Below, in pieces: positions 49,757-59,388 of a stretch of 64,000 nucleotides of DNA; the stretch's first letter is position 1, and every line of letters begins with the position of its first letter. The notes under the pieces are model-generated. The model was not told the origin of the DNA. It saw only the letters and a list, made by a program, of their open reading frames with translations, and did not search any database. Made by a program: the position numbers and the translations under genes. Source of the stretch: an uncultured delta proteobacterium (GTDB taxonomy: Bacteria > Desulfobacterota > Desulfuromonadia > Geobacterales > DSM-12255). The stretch is from contig CAWBBV010000020.1 of NCBI GenBank assembly GCA_963787125.1, forward strand, positions 10,393 through 74,392, in the 5' to 3' direction.

Positions 49757-49786
49757 GACTCTCTCCTGATTTATGCGTAAAGTTGA

Positions 49787-50218
49787 TTAAATTTCAAAAA
49801 CCTTCGGCATCTGTGCTTTATGCGGATGTGCAGTGCCGGAATAAATCTTCAGCTTACTGAGCATATTGCGTGCGAGCTTGTTTTTGGGTAACATGCCTTT
49901 TACAGCCGTTTTGAGAAGCTGCTCAGGCTTCTTCTCCAGGAGCTTACCGGCGGTCACCGATTTGATCCCCCCTGGAAACCCTGAGTGACTGTAGTAAGTC
50001 TTGTCGGCAAGCTTATTGCCTGTCAACGCGATCTTGTCTGCATTAATAACGACAACAAAATCACCGGTATCTACGCTAGGCGTGTAAATCGGTTTCTTCT
50101 TACCGCGAAGAATGCTTGCAATCTCGGTCGCAACACGACCAAGCACCTTGTTCTCAACATCAACGAGATACCAGTCCCTCGTGAATTCACCCTCTTTTGC
50201 TACCTTTGTCGTCTTCAT
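49787..50218 (-). CDS. rplM: 50S ribosomal protein L13
   Basis: [44 protein letters not shown]. Confidence 0.98.
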   Translation of the reverse strand: MKTTKVAKEGEFTRDWYLVDVENKVLGRVATEIASILRGKKKPIYTPSVDTGDFVVVINADKIALTGNKLADKTYYSHSGFPGGIKSVTAGKLLEKKPEQLLKTAVKGMLPKNKLARNMLSKLKIYSGTAHPHKAQMPKVFEI

Positions 50219-50268
50219 AAAACCTCACAACAATCTGAATAGTAAGCCCTGCTTTACGGAAAGTAAGT

Positions 50269-50297
50269 AAATTAGTTGAATTACTGGTGGCTGTCAA
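50269..50297 (-). promoter_or_regulatory. Sigma-70 promoter of rplM-rpsI
   Basis: Minus strand TTGACA-17nt-TAATTT. Confidence 0.7.
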
Positions 50298-50371
50298 GAG
50301 AAATCTCACCAGCAACTTCTGCTTAATCGGCCTTTCGCCTTCTTAACCTGCCGTGGGCGGACTTCTCTATA

Positions 50372-53300
50372 CTACGGAGCAACATTATCACCTGCAGAAT
50401 AAGGAGGTGTATATACAACCGCTTCGGTTGTGTAAGGAGATCTATACGCCCCGCTGTAGGAGCGAACTCTGTAGCGATACTGCTTTATGGGATCGATTGC
50501 CCTCCTGTCAGTAAAACTGTTTACACCGGCGCCGACCGTAGCAATATTCACCCAATTACCGGCCCTTACCAGCCGCTCTACTTCGTAACCTTCGGGAGCT
50601 CCGCAGGCAACCGGAGTACATGTAATAGGCGACCAGTCAAGTCTGATTTTGAATGAGTTAAGCGCTGTTGCTACAAGATTCGGCGGGGCAATATTAAGCG
50701 TCGTCGCACACTTTTCATTACTGTATACGGAATCACCACCACTGACATTCCAGGCTTTCAGTCTGTAGCAGTAGGCTCTGTTTTCTGTCAAAGCTGTATT
50801 CTGGAATGCCACGGTAACCGGCGTCGCTGCCTGGCAACTGACGGTCGGGTAGCTATCCCCGCAGTAGTTGAGTGTATATGCTGCTGCGATATTGGTAATC
50901 TCACTATAGCTGCCGCCAGAAACGTTTCTTTCAACCTTGTAGTTGGTAGCGCCAACAACCACCGGCCAGGAGATATCGATCTCGGCAGCGGAGATGACTG
51001 CAGATGAGAGCACCGGCGCAGCCGGCGAGGTAATAATAGACTGCACTGCACTGACAGCAGAAAATCCTGCCGGAGAATTGGCACTGACCCGGTAATAGTA
51101 AAGCGTTCCGGGCAAAAGGCCGCTATCGGTGAAATTAGTTACATCCTGACCGACAGAGCCGACATTATTTATCCATTTTCTCCAGTCCGAGTTATCCAGG
51201 CTGCGATCAACCTGATAACCGCTATTCCCTTGAGTTTGCGGCCAGGACAGAGTAACTGAGGAGGCTGTTACCCCGGTAAATACAATAGTCCCCGGGGCGA
51301 GCGGCCTGGTTGTCTGGGTGACGATATTGCTGTAGGGCGAATTAGCTGTAACCGGTGGCCCGACTGCACCGACGGCGGACATCTTGAAACAGTAATAAGT
51401 GCCGGCATTGAGTCCGGTCTGAGTATAAGTCGGGTTGTTCATTTCCAGCAGGATGGGACCGTTCCAGCTGTCATCTGTACAACTGGCACCGCTGCGAACT
51501 TTCCAGAACAGCCTGAATTGAGACTCTCCGGCTACGTCGATAAAGCTGTGAACCATTACAGTTGTTGTTGAACCCGGCACGTACATGTACGGCGCCAATG
51601 GTGTCACAGAAATCCAGAGTTCGTTACTCCAGGCAGTATAATCTGTGGCGTTGTATTTAATCCTGACCCTGAACCTGTACGTATTACCGGCAGTTAAACC
51701 TACCGTTGCAGGTGAACTGGTCAATCGTGAGGCAAGATCAACCGGCTGCGTCTGGGTAAATGTAGTACAGGTGCCGACCCCACGTCCATTCGGGTTATTT
51801 GGTTCAGTCGAAGCGCACCTCTCTATTTCATAGAAGACTGCAGTACTGGCCCTGCTCCAGGCAACTTCAACCGGACTGCCACTCAGCGACAACCGCCTGT
51901 TAATATGGCCGACTTCCGGTGACCAGTAAGTGGAACTTATATCCCCCGGAGTTGATGCCGGCACGGTAAAGGCGAAATTCTCAATCTTTGTCCGGACGTT
52001 CGTCCCGGCTACATGGGGCAATCTCCCCAGTTGATAAATCCAGAAAACAGCAGGAGTGTAAACATCGCCAGCTTGCAGGTCAAGCTGGCGTCTTAACTGC
52101 CAGACACCTGAAGAAGGGGCGGTGTAAAACTGCAAACTATTGCCACTCTTTGCAAGTCGGATTTTTCCGCTGACGTCATTGGTCGGGAGAATCAACTGCT
52201 CTGAAACATTAGTAATCGGCTCGTAAATGGTTAACCAATAGGCTTCTTGAGCCTGAGCCGCAGAGCGGGGGTCAAAGATTGTGTAGCTGTCGCTGCTTAC
52301 AATCTGATAGGGAAGCGGTGTGCCAACAGTTATGGTATTGGCCGTATTGGCCGAAATGGTACGGAACTGGCCAATATTGGGGCCACTGGACATATAGAGA
52401 TAGAACCCCTGCCATTGATTGACTCCCCAGTTCTTAGGCGGAAGAGAGGTGCCAATATTGTCGGACGAGTCTACCAATAAAGAATTGGTACTGTTTTTAC
52501 CGTCCTGGGAACTGCCGTTAATGGCTGCAGTTCCAGTAATTACATTGATCCGGTAAGTATCGCCGCTGCTGCTGAAAATCCTGTAGGCGTCGCCGTTGGC
52601 GATTGCAGAGGTAAAGCCGGTGCCTGCCACTGTAACACTTGAGGCGTCACTGCTGATAATCAGCATCGTTTTACCGGCATTTGCTCCGCTTGCCATATGC
52701 AGATAAAAGTTCTGCCACTGATTGACAGTCCAGTTGGTAATCGTCGCATCCACAAGTTTAGTTTTGCTGTTACCACTTACAGCGGCAGTTCCGGTTTTTA
52801 CCGCTGCATCATTGGGGAAAGCGCTCTCCAGGGTAACACTGCCGGCACCGTTGGCGGTTACCTTACGAACCAGCTGATTGTTGGGACCAGAGGTCATCTG
52901 CAGGTAATAATCCTTCCACTGATCCGTCGCCCATGATTTCCACTGAACTGTAGAGCCGGCCATGGTTCTTGTGTCATAGATTGTTGCAAGGGAAGCCGCG
53001 GAGGCGGTTGTTCTGCCGTTGTCCTGAAGAGGGACGCGACCACGCTCGATATATGAGTTATAGGTTCTGCCCGTTGGCGACTGGAAGTCGTGCCTGAGTG
53101 ATGCATAGGAACTAGCCAGATAAAGATACGAAAGCGAGGTGTCAGGTGTAATCAGTCCGGAGAGAGTAGTGTAGTCAAACTTTGCATCAAAGTTTCCGGT
53201 AAGCGGGGTTAAATCCCGTAACGAGAGCATCTCGTAACTATAATCATTCGCATAGCCGGGCGCAGCTGAGTAAAGCTCGGCAGAGCCGCTCCCTAGAGTT

Positions 53301-56300
53301 ATTTTGGCAGTCCCTTTGGCGGTAGAGGCAGGTGTTAAGGCGGTTGTCAGTTTGCCACCGCCACCGGTACTGCTGATTGAGCCGATCAGATAACTGTCTG
53401 TTGCGCTGATGGGATTTGTAAACGATGTGGCAACAGTGAGTTTTTTTGTAACATTATCATAGCCTGAGATAGTGCGGGACTGGCCGTTATTGGCGCCGGA
53501 AGTCATCATTAAAAAGTATCCCAGACTCCAATCAGTCAACCAGCTGTTTGCAGTATCTACCAGCTGAGTGCTGCTGTTACCAGGACTGCCGGCTGCAACG
53601 CCAAAATAGGAGGCAAACTGGGCGGTCGGCACCAGTAGATAGGCATCACCGGCGACAATGGCGCTATCAAACGCCGGAGCTACCGTTATGGTCTTGGCAC
53701 TACTGTCATTGGCAGTGACCAGGCGGGCCTGACCCAGGTTAGAGCCTGAAGTCATCTGCAGATAGTGGCCGGTGTAGTTGGCCTGCCAGGCATGACCGGT
53801 ATCAACCAGGACCGTGCTGGTTGAGCCTGTCCCCACGGCAGTGCCCATGTATGGCGACACCTTGGCTACCGGGGCAATCAGGTAGGTATCAGCGACAGCT
53901 GAAGCGTAAGGAAAGGCGTCGGTAGTGAGCGTGGTCGTATTGTTGCTGATAATTTTTCTGGCATGGCCGCTATTACTGCCAGAGGTCATCAGCAGGTAGT
54001 AGCCGGCCCAGTTGGCGCCATTCCAGCCATTATTACCGCTATGAGTTAATTGCGTTGTGGAGCCCGTCGCGGTTGCAGCCCCGAAATAAGAAGCAATCTG
54101 ATAGGTATCACCAGCAAAAATTGGCTTTAAAAAGTTGGCTGACGCATAAACTTTGATTGTCCCGCTTGCTCCGGTCAACGTCCTTTCCAGACCCACATTA
54201 CTAACATTAGCACTGTTGAGGATTTTTATTTTGAAACCGGCCCATTCATTCATCCCCCAGTTTTTATCAGCATCAAAGAGGCTGTTATAAGGACTGGCGC
54301 TGTCGTTGCCGGTGGCCTTCCCGGTAACTGTCTGGAGGATTGTGTAACTATCCCCCTTATTGATTGTTTCGGTTGTAAATGCCGGACTGGCATAAAAGGC
54401 GGAGTTAACGTTGCCGTCGATCCGTTTTGTGTATGTGTTTCCACCTGAGGTTATTACGACCGGGCGACCGATCCAGTAATCCGCCATTGTCCAGTATTTT
54501 GAAGCATCCTCGATGACGGTGTAGGAAGACTCAACTTCGTTAGTGGTGATTGTTATCACCGGTGCATCGGGAGGGGTGATCTTGCAGACAATATTACTAT
54601 AGACCGCGGGTGGCGGAGTGGGTTCGCTGCTGTAAGCCTTGATTTTGTAGCAGTACTCGGTATCCAGAGCAAGCCCTGCATGGGCAAAGGAGATTGTGTT
54701 GATTGCCAGCGCTGTGGCTGCCGGGACAGCGGCATAAGTGCCGCCTATACCGCTGGTGCTTAGCTCAACGGTATAATTTGTCTCTCCGGATTGAGCATCC
54801 CAGTTCAAGTTCAATGCTGTGCTGCTAGCAGGAGTAACGATCAGTGTCGGCGGGGTCAGATTTGTCCAGGCGCTCAGGATATTGCCGGCAGCAGAAGAGT
54901 TGCCGGGAACCGTGGCTACAACCTGATAACGGTAGTTAGCGCCGGCTGCAAGGCCGGTTGCCGTGTAGGCGGTGGGAACTACTCCGGTAGCCAGATTGGC
55001 CCAAGCTGCGTAAGTACCGGTCACACCCCGGCAGGTAGAGGGGTTGTTGCTGTCACTGCATACTGCTTGCTGAACTGTGTATCCGGATGCCCCGGTAATC
55101 GGCGTCCAGGCAAGGGCTATCTGCCCTGCTGCCCCGCTGGCGCTGGACAGAACCGGTGCATCCAGCAACGTTTTGGTAGCGGCAACTTCACTGCTCCAGA
55201 GGGAGCTTCCGGCGGTATTAGCCGCTTTGATCCGGTAATTATAGGAACTGTTGGCGGTTAAGCCTGTCACATCACAGCTAAGCGCAGTTGTGCCGGAACA
55301 TGCCGATGCCGTTGTCTCATCAAGATAGGCACCGCTGGCAAGCCGGTACTGCAGCGTATAGGTAATGGTTCCGGAACCGGTAACAGCAGGATTAACCCAG
55401 GTCAGAGTCATGCCTGTATTGGTAATATTGGTTGGGGTTGCGCCCCAGGTTGGGACAGCCAGGGCGGCCGTACCTGCCGTCTCATTGCTAAAGACAGAAT
55501 CGCCACCAGTATTGGTCGCCTTGACCTGAAAGCTGTAGACATTCGGGACGGTAAGTCCGCTGACAGTACAGACACTGCCACCAATGGCTGTGCAGGCTGG
55601 GAAATTGGCATAGCTGCCGCCGGACACCTTATACTGCAGCGTATAAGTAGCTGCACCGGCAACGGTGTTCCAGGCAAGATACATCTGCGTGTTAGTAATA
55701 TTGGTCGGCACGGCAAGAACCGGCGCTATCGGCCTGGTCGGCGCAAACTGTTCGTTACTTGCAAGGCCGTAGCCGGAGGCGCTGTTAGTGCTGACCCGGT
55801 AATAATAAATAGTGCCAGGTGTCAGGCCTAAATCAGCATGTGTCGTTACATTGGTTGCTTTGGTAGCTAGGAGTGCCCAGGTTCCGGCGGCGCCGGTTTT
55901 CCGCTCAATCTTGTAACCGGTGTTATCCGCTACCTGACTCCAGCTCAAAGATATCTGGGTAGCAGAGTCCACGACAAGCGGGTCCAAAACAGTAGCGCCA
56001 AGGGTTGTTATCCCGCAATTCCCGAGAGTTCGGGAGTTAAGACTCGGGCTCTCCGTATACGCATAAATACGATAACAGTAGCTCCCCCCTGGAGATAGTC
56101 CTGTATCCATAAAACTTGTCATCCCCAGTGTTGACCCGGAAATGAGATTGCTCCAGGTACTTGTCGGCAGTACTGGTCCGGCTGTCCGTTCCAGCTTAAA
56201 CTGGGTGCCCGGATTATTCTCCCGCCAGGTCAGGTTCATTTTTGTTGCATCCGCCTGAGGGAACAATGTAAGAGGCGCTGGTACCAGGATGTAATTGTTC

Positions 56301-59300
56301 TTCTGCTTCATAACCAGATAATCAGGGTTGCCGGCGTTCAGGGTTACTCCGGCAATGAATGCTTCTCCCTGGTAGTTTACCGCTATGGCTACGGCTTCAT
56401 CCTTTTTGCCGCCGTCATATTCGCTGGCAGAGAGGAAGGTCCCCTCAAAGTCGTAAATCAGCGCCAGGATGTCCGAGTTTGCATCAAATGCCGGGTCTGT
56501 GTCCGGGCCGTTTCTGCTGTTGCCTGTAAGGTAGATATAGCCCGACGAGTCGATTGCCATGGCGGTCAGGTAGTCATATTTTGCCGGTCTGTCAAAGTTG
56601 CGCTCCCAGATGATGCTGCCGTCAGCTGGGCTGTATCTGATGAGATGAAAGTCGCTGTCGGTGAGGGTGCGGTATGAGGTGCCGGCGACGATTATGTCGC
56701 CGTCCATGGGGTCTATCCCTATGGCTATGCCACGGTCGTTACCGTTTACCGGCGCAGCTAGGCCGTTGTGTACTTTTCTCCAGAGTTCACGGTTTGGTGA
56801 GCTGTCGGCGCCGTCGTAGTTGATTGTGATCCATTCTTCGTTGCCGGCGGCGTTGACTGAGGAGCCGGTGATGTAGATGTCTCCGCTGTTGTCAATTGCC
56901 AGGGAGAGGCCGTGATCATCGCCGTTGCCTGCGCCGGCGTAGGTTTGCGACCAGATGAGTGCGCCGGTGGCGCCGTTGTATTTGGCGGTGTAGATGTCGA
57001 AGTTGCCTGCGGCGTTTTCGGTGGAGCCGGTGATGAAGATGTCCCCTGTCTGGTCGATGGCTACGGCTGAGGGGTAGTCGTTGCCATGGGCAGGACCGTC
57101 ATAGACGATGGGGGGCCAGGCGGTGGTGCCGTCGGGACGGTATTTGATGATGAACATGTCTTCGTCGTTATTGGTGTTGATGCCGTGACCAATGACTATT
57201 ATGTTGTTGGCGCTGTCTTTTGCTGCCTGGATGGCGGTGGCCTGGTCTATGCCGGCCTGGGTGCCGTACTGCGCCCCCCAGGCTGCAAGGGGATTGGTGA
57301 GGGGGTCGGTGTGCCCGGCTGAGCTGTATTTGATTGTGTAGAGGTCGTCACTTTTTTCTGAGCCGCCGGATAGGTAGGCGGTGCCGGCTACCACTGCGTC
57401 GCCGTTGTTGTCCAGGGTTATGCCGGCAGCCATGTCGGTGCCGCCGTCGCCGCTGTCGTAGAGGGCTTTCCATTTTACTGCTTTGGTGTCTTTATCAAGT
57501 TTTATGGTCATGTAGTCAAAGGAGTAAGCTCCTGTTACGCCTTCTTCTGTAAGGTCACTGAAGCCGGTAACTATGGGGTGGTTATCACTGCCGACGACGA
57601 TACCGACAGCTTCGTCTTCTCTGTTGTCGGCGCCGTTGTACTGGTATATCCAGGCAGGTGGATCGTAGCTGACTATTTTTGTGAGGGCGTGGGCTTCGCT
57701 GCTGTAGTAGCTGTCGCCGTTCGTGGCGTTGTTGCTTCTGATCCGGTAGTAGTAGTAGCTGTTGGGGGTGAGGCTGCTGTCAGCGTAGGTTGTTACATTT
57801 GCGGCGACGGTGGCAATCTGGGTGTAGACGCCGCTTTCGCCAAGCTTTCTTTCTATTTTGAAGGTTGTTTCGTTGTTGGAGTTATCCAGCCAGTTCAGGG
57901 TGGTGGTGCTGTTGGAGGTTGCTGTTACGCTGAGTCCGCTTGGGGGGTCGAGTCTGCCGTAGTCGTATCTGACAACTACGAAGTCGTAGGAGGTGGCGCT
58001 TGTGTCTGTCCAGCCGGCAATTACGGGGTCGCCGCTGAGGCCAAGGGCTATGCCGACCGGTCTGGCACTTTTGTTGGTGGTGCTTTGGTAGTTTTTCTGC
58101 CAGATGAGTTCACCGCTGCTTTTTTTGTATTTGATGGTGGTGAAGTTTTCGTTGATGTTGGTGGAGGTGTAGCCGGTGACGTAGATGTCCCCCTCTGCTC
58201 CGGGGCTGCCGATGATGGCGGTTGCTATGTCGGTGTAGTCGCTGCCGGAGTCGTAGATTCTGTCCCAGATTTTGACGCCGTCGGTTGAGGCGTAGCGGAC
58301 GGTGTAGAAGTCTTCGTTGCCTGAGTAGGTGTAGGTGTGGCCGGTAAGGTAGATTTCGTCGTTTGTGTCCAGCCAGAGGGCAAGAGGTTCGTCGTTGCCG
58401 CCGCCGGCGTATGCTTTTTCCCAGAGTGCGGTTCCTGGCGCGGCGGCTGCGTATTTGGCGGTGTAGATGTCGTTGTTCTGGCCGTTGTAGAGGTAACCGG
58501 AGATTATTACGCTGCCGGTTGAGTCTATTTTGACGGTTCGGCCACGGTCGTCGCCGCCGGTTGGGGAGGCTTTGCGCTGTTCCCAGATGAGGGTACCGTC
58601 AAAGCCGTGTTTGCGGGTGAGGATGTCGAAGTCGGTGCCCCCTTTTGAGGAGATGCCGGTTACGGCTATGCCGTCGAGGCCTGCGGCTATGGAGAGGATG
58701 CGGTCGTTACTGTTGTAGCTGGAGTTGTAGATATCCTGCCAGGCGGGGGTTGTGCCGGCCGCCGGGTATTTGAGGATGAGGTAGTCGTCGTTGCCGTTTG
58801 TGTTGGCGGTGTAGCCGGCGATGTAGATGTTGTCGCCGGTGTCAATTGCTATGGAGGTGGCGATATCGGCTCCGCCGGCGGCTCCGCTCCAGGTGTGCTG
58901 CCAGAGGACGCTGCCGTCGACGCCGCTGTATTTGATGGTGTGGATGTCTGTGTTTGAGCCGTTCCAGACGGTGCCGGTGACGATGACGTTGTCGGCGCTG
59001 TCTATTGCTACGGCGGTGGCCTGGTCGTCGCCACCGCTTTTGTCAAATGTGGACCGCCAGGCTATGCCGCTGCCGTCGGCTCTGAATTTTACGGTGTGGT
59101 AGTTGTTGTTCATGCCGCCCGCATTGGCGTAGCCGGTGACGATGATGTTGCCGCTACTGTCGGTGGCCATTGCTTTTGCTTCCTGTTTTAAGGCAAGGGC
59201 GTCTGTTACCGGAAAAGGGGCGATGAGGTCGCCGCCTTTGGCGTGGGCAGAGCCCGGCAGTACTATGCTCAGGCAGAGTAGCAAAAAGGCTGTGATGGCT

Positions 59301-59338
59301 CCCTTTTCTATTGCGCTATATATGAAGTTACGGCTCAT
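50372..59338 (-). CDS. Giant secreted protein, copy B: two beta-propellers, about 12 FN3 domains, and a ~885-aa insert with 8 Trp-rich repeats and a ConA/lectin-like domain
   Basis: First ~1030 aa nearly identical to copy A; the FN3 string diverges; insert at about 51890-54545. Start MSRNF at 59338. Confidence 0.85.
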   Translation of the reverse strand: MSRNFIYSAIEKGAITAFLLLCLSIVLPGSAHAKGGDLIAPFPVTDALALKQEAKAMATDSSGNIIVTGYANAGGMNNNYHTVKFRADGSGIAWRSTFDKSGGDDQATAVAIDSADNVIVTGTVWNGSNTDIHTIKYSGVDGSVLWQHTWSGAAGGADIATSIAIDTGDNIYIAGYTANTNGNDDYLILKYPAAGTTPAWQDIYNSSYNSNDRILSIAAGLDGIAVTGISSKGGTDFDILTRKHGFDGTLIWEQRKASPTGGDDRGRTVKIDSTGSVIISGYLYNGQNNDIYTAKYAAAAPGTALWEKAYAGGGNDEPLALWLDTNDEIYLTGHTYTYSGNEDFYTVRYASTDGVKIWDRIYDSGSDYTDIATAIIGSPGAEGDIYVTGYTSTNINENFTTIKYKKSSGELIWQKNYQSTTNKSARPVGIALGLSGDPVIAGWTDTSATSYDFVVVRYDYGRLDPPSGLSVTATSNSTTTLNWLDNSNNETTFKIERKLGESGVYTQIATVAANVTTYADSSLTPNSYYYYRIRSNNATNGDSYYSSEAHALTKIVSYDPPAWIYQYNGADNREDEAVGIVVGSDNHPIVTGFSDLTEEGVTGAYSFDYMTIKLDKDTKAVKWKALYDSGDGGTDMAAGITLDNNGDAVVAGTAYLSGGSEKSDDLYTIKYSSAGHTDPLTNPLAAWGAQYGTQAGIDQATAIQAAKDSANNIIVIGHGINTNNDEDMFIIKYRPDGTTAWPPIVYDGPAHGNDYPSAVAIDQTGDIFITGSTENAAGNFDIYTAKYNGATGALIWSQTYAGAGNGDDHGLSLAIDNSGDIYITGSSVNAAGNEEWITINYDGADSSPNRELWRKVHNGLAAPVNGNDRGIAIGIDPMDGDIIVAGTSYRTLTDSDFHLIRYSPADGSIIWERNFDRPAKYDYLTAMAIDSSGYIYLTGNSRNGPDTDPAFDANSDILALIYDFEGTFLSASEYDGGKKDEAVAIAVNYQGEAFIAGVTLNAGNPDYLVMKQKNNYILVPAPLTLFPQADATKMNLTWRENNPGTQFKLERTAGPVLPTSTWSNLISGSTLGMTSFMDTGLSPGGSYCYRIYAYTESPSLNSRTLGNCGITTLGATVLDPLVVDSATQISLSWSQVADNTGYKIERKTGAAGTWALLATKATNVTTHADLGLTPGTIYYYRVSTNSASGYGLASNEQFAPTRPIAPVLAVPTNITNTQMYLAWNTVAGAATYTLQYKVSGGSYANFPACTAIGGSVCTVSGLTVPNVYSFQVKATNTGGDSVFSNETAGTAALAVPTWGATPTNITNTGMTLTWVNPAVTGSGTITYTLQYRLASGAYLDETTASACSGTTALSCDVTGLTANSSYNYRIKAANTAGSSLWSSEVAATKTLLDAPVLSSASGAAGQIALAWTPITGASGYTVQQAVCSDSNNPSTCRGVTGTYAAWANLATGVVPTAYTATGLAAGANYRYQVVATVPGNSSAAGNILSAWTNLTPPTLIVTPASSTALNLNWDAQSGETNYTVELSTSGIGGTYAAVPAATALAINTISFAHAGLALDTEYCYKIKAYSSEPTPPPAVYSNIVCKITPPDAPVITITTNEVESSYTVIEDASKYWTMADYWIGRPVVITSGGNTYTKRIDGNVNSAFYASPAFTTETINKGDSYTILQTVTGKATGNDSASPYNSLFDADKNWGMNEWAGFKIKILNSANVSNVGLERTLTGASGTIKVYASANFLKPIFAGDTYQIASYFGAATATGSTTQLTHSGNNGWNGANWAGYYLLMTSGSNSGHARKIISNNTTTLTTDAFPYASAVADTYLIAPVAKVSPYMGTAVGTGSTSTVLVDTGHAWQANYTGHYLQMTSGSNLGQARLVTANDSSAKTITVAPAFDSAIVAGDAYLLVPTAQFASYFGVAAGSPGNSSTQLVDTANSWLTDWSLGYFLMMTSGANNGQSRTISGYDNVTKKLTVATSFTNPISATDSYLIGSISSTGGGGKLTTALTPASTAKGTAKITLGSGSAELYSAAPGYANDYSYEMLSLRDLTPLTGNFDAKFDYTTLSGLITPDTSLSYLYLASSYASLRHDFQSPTGRTYNSYIERGRVPLQDNGRTTASAASLATIYDTRTMAGSTVQWKSWATDQWKDYYLQMTSGPNNQLVRKVTANGAGSVTLESAFPNDAAVKTGTAAVSGNSKTKLVDATITNWTVNQWQNFYLHMASGANAGKTMLIISSDASSVTVAGTGFTSAIANGDAYRIFSSSGDTYRINVITGTAAINGSSQDGKNSTNSLLVDSSDNIGTSLPPKNWGVNQWQGFYLYMSSGPNIGQFRTISANTANTITVGTPLPYQIVSSDSYTIFDPRSAAQAQEAYWLTIYEPITNVSEQLILPTNDVSGKIRLAKSGNSLQFYTAPSSGVWQLRRQLDLQAGDVYTPAVFWIYQLGRLPHVAGTNVRTKIENFAFTVPASTPGDISSTYWSPEVGHINRRLSLSGSPVEVAWSRASTAVFYEIERCASTEPNNPNGRGVGTCTTFTQTQPVDLASRLTSSPATVGLTAGNTYRFRVRIKYNATDYTAWSNELWISVTPLAPYMYVPGSTTTVMVHSFIDVAGESQFRLFWKVRSGASCTDDSWNGPILLEMNNPTYTQTGLNAGTYYCFKMSAVGAVGPPVTANSPYSNIVTQTTRPLAPGTIVFTGVTASSVTLSWPQTQGNSGYQVDRSLDNSDWRKWINNVGSVGQDVTNFTDSGLLPGTLYYYRVSANSPAGFSAVSAVQSIITSPAAPVLSSAVISAAEIDISWPVVVGATNYKVERNVSGGSYSEITNIAAAYTLNYCGDSYPTVSCQAATPVTVAFQNTALTENRAYCYRLKAWNVSGGDSVYSNEKCATTLNIAPPNLVATALNSFKIRLDWSPITCTPVACGAPEGYEVERLVRAGNWVNIATVGAGVNSFTDRRAIDPIKQYRYRVRSYSGAYRSPYTTEAVVYTPPYSAGDNVAP

Positions 59339-59388
59339 TTTTTCTCTCCGGGTCTTGTTTGCGGTTACCATGGCGTCACGTTATTCCA
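56283..59388. repeat. Long direct repeat, copy B
   Basis: Matches about 39780-42888. Confidence 0.92.

Noticed and set aside
39780..59388. Diversity-generating retroelement (TR/VR pair)
   Set aside because: No reverse transcriptase in the window; the repeats are kb-long, both coding and N-terminal; the differences do not look adenine-specific.
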